From Terriglobia bacterium (lineage in GTDB: Bacteria > Acidobacteriota > Polarisedimenticolia > Polarisedimenticolales > JAIQFR01), in NCBI GenBank assembly GCA_963790465.1, contig CAWBOP010000011.1:73984-137983 (forward strand): DNA of 64,000 bases. The letters run 5' to 3'. This document shows positions 58,687-64,000 of this stretch, one piece after another. The notes under the pieces were generated by a model. The model searched no databases. It saw nothing but the letters and a program-made list of their open reading frames with translations, and was not told the origin of the DNA. A program made the position numbers and the translations under genes. Every line of letters starts with the position of its first letter. Position 1 is the first letter of the stretch.

Positions 58687-59663
58687 GAGCCGTCGTCATC
58701 ACGCGTCCCGGGGGCCCGGAGGTTTTGGAGGTCCGGGACCTGCCCGACCCCGCTTACGGGCCGGACGAGGTGCGGGTCGCCGTGCGGGCAACGGCGCTCA
58801 ACCGCGCCGACCTCCTGCAGCGGCAGGGCCGCTATCCCGCCCCCGCGGGGGCGCCCGCCGACATCCCGGGCCTCGAGTTCGCGGGTGAGGTCGAGGTGGC
58901 CGGCGGCCGCGTCGCAAGCCTTCGTCCGGGCGACCGGGTCATGGGACTCCTCGGAGGAGGCGGCTACGCCACGAAGGTGGTCGTGAACGCGGGGTTGTGC
59001 GTTCGCATCCCGCCGCTCCTCTCGTGGGAGGAGGCCGCCGCGGTTCCCGAGGCGTTCATGACCGCGTTCGACGCGCTGTTCGAGCGCGGCCGAATGACGT
59101 CCGGCGAGACGGTGCTCGTGCACGCCGCGGCTTCCGGCGTCGGCACCGCGACGGCACAGATCGCCCGGAACTCGCTCGCCCGGGTGATCGGCCTGTCCCG
59201 CTCCCCCGAGAAGCGCCGGAGGCTCGCCGAACTCGGCCTCGACGGCGTCCTCGATCCCGGCGCTCCGGACCTCGCGGGCTCCATCCGGAGCGCGGCGGGG
59301 GGCGCGGTGGATCTCGTGGTGGACTTCCTCGGCGCCGCGTCCTGGCCGCTCAATCTCGAGGTCCTGCGCGAGCTCGGGCGGATCGTGCTCGTCGGCACGA
59401 TGGGCGGGAGCCGCGTCGAAGCGGATCTGTCCGTGCTGATGCGCAAGCGGCTGACCGTCGTCGGCACGGTGCTCCGCGGCCGAGCGCTCGCCGAGAAGAT
59501 CGCGCTCACCCTGGCGTTCGAGCGGGACGTGATGCCGCTCTTCGCCGGGGGACGCCTCCGGCCGCTCGTGGACCGTGTGTTGCCGCTCGAGGCGGCCGCG
59601 CTCGCCCACGCCGCCATGGAGGCGAACGAGAATTTCGGCAAGATCGTGCTCCGGGTCGCCTGA
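58683..59663 (+). CDS. NAD(P)H:quinone oxidoreductase (zeta-crystallin/MDR family)
   Basis: GTG overlaps the upstream stop (GTGA). VRAVVITRPGGPEVLEVRDLPDP...RATALNRADLLQRQGRYP...VLVHAAASGVGTAT. Confidence 0.85.
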   Translation: MRAVVITRPGGPEVLEVRDLPDPAYGPDEVRVAVRATALNRADLLQRQGRYPAPAGAPADIPGLEFAGEVEVAGGRVASLRPGDRVMGLLGGGGYATKVVVNAGLCVRIPPLLSWEEAAAVPEAFMTAFDALFERGRMTSGETVLVHAAASGVGTATAQIARNSLARVIGLSRSPEKRRRLAELGLDGVLDPGAPDLAGSIRSAAGGAVDLVVDFLGAASWPLNLEVLRELGRIVLVGTMGGSRVEADLSVLMRKRLTVVGTVLRGRALAEKIALTLAFERDVMPLFAGGRLRPLVDRVLPLEAAALAHAAMEANENFGKIVLRVA

Positions 59664-59721
59664 CGGCCCCGCTGCCGGGAGTTCCCGCGTCCCCGGAGAC
59701 GGGTTCTGTTACGATCCCCCC

Positions 59722-60624
59722 GTGCGTTCCGAACTGGCGTCCGCGCTCCGGGGGGAAGGGTTCCGTGGGGAACTCCTCGAGGAGGAACCTCTCGCGGCGC
59801 ACACGACCTGGCGGATCGGGGGGCCGGCGGAGATCCTCGCGACCCCCGCGGATCGCGCCGACCTCGTCCTCGCCCTACGGTGGTCGGAATCCCGTGGGGT
59901 CCCGTGGCGAGTGCTGGGAAACGGATCGAACCTCCTCGTCCGCGACGAGGGGGTCAGAGGGGTCGTGCTGCGCGTTCGCGGGGCGCTCGCCGAACTCCGG
60001 GTGGAGGGATCCCGCGTGCTGGCGGGGGCGGGTGCTTCGCTGCCCGCGGCGGCGAATCTCGCGGCGTCGGCGGGACTCTCCGGGCTCGAATTCGCCGCAG
60101 GGATTCCCGGCACCGTCGGCGGGGCGCTGCGGATGAACGCCGGTTGGCACGAGCACGAGATCGGGAACGTGGTCGAGAGTGTGGAGTTCCTCGAGCCGGA
60201 CGGCGACGTCGTCGCGTGCTCTCGCGAGGCGTGCGCTTTCGGCTACCGGACCAGCGTGCTTCGCGCTCGAGCGGGGATCGTCCTCGCCGCGACGCTGGCC
60301 CTGAGCGAAGACGACAAGGGGGCGATCCGCGAGCGGCTCGCCTCGTACGCCGCATCGCGGCGCGAGAACCAGCCCACCGACCTCCCCTCCTGCGGCTCGG
60401 TGTTCCTCAAGCCCGAGGGGGATTTCGCGGGCCGCCTCATCGAGCAGTGCTCTCTCAAGGGGCTTCGCGTCGGCGATCTCGAGGTATCGCGCAAGCATGC
60501 GAACTTCTTCGTCAACCTCGGGCGCGGGACCTCCGTGGACGCCCTCGATCTTGTAGCGCGCGTGGAAGCCGAGGTCCGCCGGCGCTTCGGCGTCGAGCTC
60601 GTCCGCGAGTTCGAGGTCTGGTAG
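59722..60624 (+). CDS. murB: UDP-N-acetylenolpyruvoylglucosamine reductase
   Basis: PLAAHTTWRIGGPAE, VLGNGSNLLV, GLEFAAGIPGTVGGALRMNAGWH, PSCGSVFLKP, GDLEVSRKHANFFVN. Confidence 0.9.
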   Translation: MRSELASALRGEGFRGELLEEEPLAAHTTWRIGGPAEILATPADRADLVLALRWSESRGVPWRVLGNGSNLLVRDEGVRGVVLRVRGALAELRVEGSRVLAGAGASLPAAANLAASAGLSGLEFAAGIPGTVGGALRMNAGWHEHEIGNVVESVEFLEPDGDVVACSREACAFGYRTSVLRARAGIVLAATLALSEDDKGAIRERLASYAASRRENQPTDLPSCGSVFLKPEGDFAGRLIEQCSLKGLRVGDLEVSRKHANFFVNLGRGTSVDALDLVARVEAEVRRRFGVELVREFEVW

Positions 60625-60662
60625 GAACGCCCGTTCGGCGAGGGTTCCCGCGTCGCGACGAG

Positions 60663-63269
60663 TCAGTCCCGGTCCTCGCCGTCGCGCGACGGCGCGATTC
60701 GCGCCGGCGCATCTTCCTCGGTCAGGCTCCTCACCCTCTCGAGGAACGGCGCCTGCCGGTCGCCGTCCAGCAGGATCCGATCCGCCTCCTCGACGAGGAG
60801 TCCGTCGAACAGCGCCCGCTTCGCCTCGATCACGCGCCGGACGCGCTCCTCGATCGCCCCCCGGGTCACGAAGTGCAGCACCTGAACGCTCGCCCGCTGT
60901 CCGAGCCGGTGCACGCGGGAGATCCGCTGCTCGAGGACCGCGGGATTCCACGGAACCTCGAGGTTCACGACGATGGACGCCGCGTCCTGCAGGTTGAGGC
61001 CCAGCCCTCCGGCATCGGTCGAGAACAGCACGCGCAGATCGTGTTCCGAGCCGAAGGCGTCGAGCATCCGAACGCGCGCGGCGGCGTCGAGACCGCCGTG
61101 GAACACTCCCGCCCGCTCGCCGCGCCGGCCCAGCAGATCCCGCACGGCGAAGTGGGCGAGCCTGAGCATCCGCTCCCACTGGCTGAACACGACCACCTTC
61201 GCGTCGGACTGGTCGAGAAGGTCCTCGAGCACCCGGGCGAACTCCTCCAGCTTGGGCGACTGGATCGCCCGGAGATCCTCTCGCGTCGCGCACTTCCGGA
61301 CGGCGAGTTTCCGCGCGGTCCGCTCCCACTCGTACTGCCCGAGCGCATTGCACAGGATCCTCATGCGGGTGAGCGCCTGCAGGAGCATGCGCAGCTCGCC
61401 CGGCCGGAGCGGACGATTCTTGGCGACGAGCGCCGCGACGCGCGCTGCCTCCCGCCGGTACGGGCGCCACTGGGCGGGCGACAGCTCCGTCCAGTAGGTT
61501 TGCTCGATGCGCGGGGGGAGCTGGTCGAGCACCGTCTTGCGCTCCCGGCGGATGAAGAGTCCCTCGAGCCGGCTCCGCAGCAGACCGAGATTCTCGTACG
61601 CCATCACGCGCCCGGTCGGGTCGGTGACCACGTGGAGCGGAAGGAACCTCCACCTCGGACCGAGAACGCGCGGGTGCAGGAACTCGACGAGCGAGTGCAG
61701 CTCCGCGAGACGATTTTCGAGGGGGGTACCGGTGAGCACGAACGCATACGGACTGTCGAGTCGCTTGACCGCCTTCGCCGTCTTGGTGTCCCAGTTCTTG
61801 ATCCGCTGCGCCTCGTCGAGGATCACGAGGTCGGCGCGAGCGCCGCGGATCTCGTCGAGGTCGCGGAGCACCAGTTCGTAGTTCAGCACGAGGAACCCTT
61901 CGCGCCAGTCGCGGTAAGCCTCGAGGCGCGAGGCGAGGCCACCGTCCACGACGATGGCGCGCTCCCCGCACGCGCGCTCGATTTCCTGCTGCCACTGGTG
62001 CTTGAGCGAGGCGGGACAGACGACGAGGGCGCGTTCGGCGCCCGCCGCCTTCCTGAGGAGAAGGGCGGCGGCGACGGCCTGAACGGTCTTGCCGAGGCCC
62101 ATGTCGTCCGCGAGGAACGCCCTCCCCCGCCGCGCGAGGTAATCGACCCCGTCCTCCTGGTAGGCGTGGAGCCGGAGACCGAGCGCGGGGACGACCTCGC
62201 GCCACAGATCCCCGCCGCGCGCGGCGGAGCGGAGTCGCGCGAAGGTCGCCTCGGCCTCGGCCGCTTCGGCGATCCTCGCCTCGACGGCGCGGTCGAGGTC
62301 GAGGACGAACCCGCGGCCCGCCGCGGCGGCGCTCGCCGCGTTCACGGCCCCCCTGGCCCACTCCGAGCGAATCGTCCCGGGCGGCGGCTCGCGAAGCCAC
62401 CCATCGGCGTCGAAGTGCGACGCCACCTCCACCGGAACCGGCGCATCCGGCACGTCGACACGCACTTCACGGAGCGGGTCGGGAAGCCAGCGCGGCCACT
62501 CCCTGGGCTTCCACCACAAGGAAAGCACGCGGACGGGGTAACGCTTCCGCTTTCGCGAGAACCACCCGCGGACGCGCTCCGCATGCTTGCAGATCCCCAG
62601 TTCGTTCTTGGCGAAGTCCGGGCAGGAGCAGGACGGAAGATCTCCCTTCGCGCCGCGAAGCACGACGGTATAGGGAGCCTCCGGCTCCCGGCCTTCCACG
62701 AGAAAGCGCGGCGGCCCCCCCCTGCCCGAGATCCTGCGCACCCCGGCCCGCTCGCGCCGCGCGCGCTTGCGCCGCGCGGCGATCTCCTCGTCCTTCGACT
62801 GAAGGATCCGTTCCTCGAACGTGGGCGCCCCGTCCGCCACCCCCGCAAGAAGCGTCCCGGTGGAAAGCGGCGCCGGCGTCACGATCCTCCCGTACCCGCG
62901 CGCGGTCCGGCCGCCGCGCTCATATGAACGCCGCTTTCCGGTCCGCGCGGCGCGCGCGAACCGCGGAAAGCGGAGCGCCTCCACGGCGGCGACCGCGTGC
63001 TTGCAGACCGGGCCCCAGTCGAAAGGGCACGTGCAACGGCTCATGAGCAAGCCGCCCGCCGCGGCCACCTCGACGCGGCAAGGAATCGGGCCGGAATCGC
63101 GGACGCTCGCCTCGAGCGACCTGCCGTCCGGATCGAGACGGAGCGACAGGACCCGGCCGAGGAGGGCGGTCTCGCGGCCGCTCCTCGCGACGCGCCTCCC
63201 CGCCCACCGCTCGAGATCGGTGGAAAGCAGCGCCGGATCGACGGATGCGGGCGGCAACAACCGCCGCAT
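60663..63269 (-). CDS. SNF2-family helicase with N-terminal SWIM-type zinc-finger motifs
   Basis: From ATG 63269. CTCPFDWGPVCKHAVAA and CSCPDFAKNELGICKHAERV (CxC...CxH). LADDMGLGKTVQAV (motif I), DLVILDEAQRIKN (DEAQ box), and helicase-C region QRISRVHRLGQ. The upstream part of ORF 60663..63950 is a shadow of kdsA. Confidence 0.9.
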   Translation of the reverse strand: MRRLLPPASVDPALLSTDLERWAGRRVARSGRETALLGRVLSLRLDPDGRSLEASVRDSGPIPCRVEVAAAGGLLMSRCTCPFDWGPVCKHAVAAVEALRFPRFARAARTGKRRSYERGGRTARGYGRIVTPAPLSTGTLLAGVADGAPTFEERILQSKDEEIAARRKRARRERAGVRRISGRGGPPRFLVEGREPEAPYTVVLRGAKGDLPSCSCPDFAKNELGICKHAERVRGWFSRKRKRYPVRVLSLWWKPREWPRWLPDPLREVRVDVPDAPVPVEVASHFDADGWLREPPPGTIRSEWARGAVNAASAAAAGRGFVLDLDRAVEARIAEAAEAEATFARLRSAARGGDLWREVVPALGLRLHAYQEDGVDYLARRGRAFLADDMGLGKTVQAVAAALLLRKAAGAERALVVCPASLKHQWQQEIERACGERAIVVDGGLASRLEAYRDWREGFLVLNYELVLRDLDEIRGARADLVILDEAQRIKNWDTKTAKAVKRLDSPYAFVLTGTPLENRLAELHSLVEFLHPRVLGPRWRFLPLHVVTDPTGRVMAYENLGLLRSRLEGLFIRRERKTVLDQLPPRIEQTYWTELSPAQWRPYRREAARVAALVAKNRPLRPGELRMLLQALTRMRILCNALGQYEWERTARKLAVRKCATREDLRAIQSPKLEEFARVLEDLLDQSDAKVVVFSQWERMLRLAHFAVRDLLGRRGERAGVFHGGLDAAARVRMLDAFGSEHDLRVLFSTDAGGLGLNLQDAASIVVNLEVPWNPAVLEQRISRVHRLGQRASVQVLHFVTRGAIEERVRRVIEAKRALFDGLLVEEADRILLDGDRQAPFLERVRSLTEEDAPARIAPSRDGEDRD

Positions 63270-63488
63270 GCGCTCCGACTTCCTTCGGGCCACGCCGCCC
63301 CTCCTCCCCCCTCCTCCGGCACGAGTCCGTGAACCGGAAGCGGGGTCCCAAACTCGATAGTGTGCTCCAGCCACACCCCGGCGCGCAAACACCTCGCGAT
63401 GCCTCCTCGAGGGAAACGGCCCCGTTCCGGGGTATGCTGAAGGCGCGGCGCCGCCGGGGAATCTCGCGCGGCGCACGGAGGAGCCGCC

Positions 63489-64000
63489 ATGAGTCAGGTG
63501 CGAATCGGCGAGGTCGTGATCGGCGACGGTGAGCCCCTCGCGCTCATTTCCGGCCCCTGCGTGCTCGAGGACGCGGACCTCGCGCTCAGGATCGCGGAGA
63601 CGCTCAAGAAGGAGACCGCGAAGCGCGGCTTCGGCTACGTGTTCAAGGCGTCCTATGAGAAGGACAACCGCGGCAAGCCAACGGGGTTCAACGGGCCGGG
63701 GCTCGACGAAGGGCTCGAGCTTCTCGCGCGCATCAAGCGCGAGATCGGCGTTCCCGTCCTCTCCGACGTGCACCGCGAGACCGACGTGGACGCGGCGGCC
63801 GAGGTGCTCGACGTGCTGCAGATCCCGGCGTACCTGTGCCAGCAGACGAGCCTGGTGATCAAGGTCGGCGAGGCGGGCAAGCCGGTCAACGTGAAGAAGG
63901 GGCAGTTCCTGGCCCCCGAGGACATGAAAAGCGCGGTGGACAAGCTCCACTACACCGGCAACCGTCAGGTTCTGCTCACCGACCGGGGCACCTGTTTCGG
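63489..64000 (+). CDS. kdsA: 3-deoxy-8-phosphooctulonate (KDO8P) synthase, 3-prime end outside the window
   Basis: GGAGGAGCCGCC then ATG. MSQVRIGEVVIGDGEPLALISGPCVLED...GYVFKASYEKDNR...LQIPAYLCQQTSL...VNVKKGQF. Open to the window edge, so absent from the ORF track. Confidence 0.9.
   Translation, partial: MSQVRIGEVVIGDGEPLALISGPCVLEDADLALRIAETLKKETAKRGFGYVFKASYEKDNRGKPTGFNGPGLDEGLELLARIKREIGVPVLSDVHRETDVDAAAEVLDVLQIPAYLCQQTSLVIKVGEAGKPVNVKKGQFLAPEDMKSAVDKLHYTGNRQVLLTDRGTCF

Overview
High-G+C (visibly about 70%) bacterial chromosomal window, gene-dense, from a diderm: kdsA, a TolC-like outer membrane factor (OMF) and an RND efflux operon are present. I cannot assign taxonomy from sequence alone. 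About 45 protein genes are supportable. Housekeeping: argS, murB, kdsA, lepB, two aldehyde dehydrogenases, a quinone oxidoreductase. Transport: an NRAMP-family transporter with a non-canonical metal site next to a stand-alone MgtE-N/CBS protein, an Opp/Dpp-type binding protein with two permeases, and an OMF-MFP-RND operon. Also present: two tandem sulfatase-like/TPR paralogues plus an M50 protease, a RodZ-like/HEAT-like/TPR/PP2C cluster, an S55 (SpoIVB-like) peptidase, a giant (about 2,500 aa) secreted S8 subtilase, a SWIM-SNF2 helicase, and a lower-G+C accessory islet (vapBC, class-II-like Fic, DUF4143 AAA ATPase). No rRNA, tRNA, CRISPR, transposase or integrase was recognised. The most unusual feature is a 1.5-kb non-coding tandem array (31.7-33.2 kb) between convergent lepB and larE. 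It holds five copies of a 255-nt unit packed with long hairpins, and one copy carries compensatory substitutions that preserve a 19-bp stem. I could not match it to a known family. Caveat: several genes are interrupted by single-base frameshifts, mostly at or next to short G/C homopolymer runs, and one S9 peptidase gene is broken many times. This looks more like assembly or sequencing indels than biology. Many long ORFs in the supplied track are GC-rich shadow frames.
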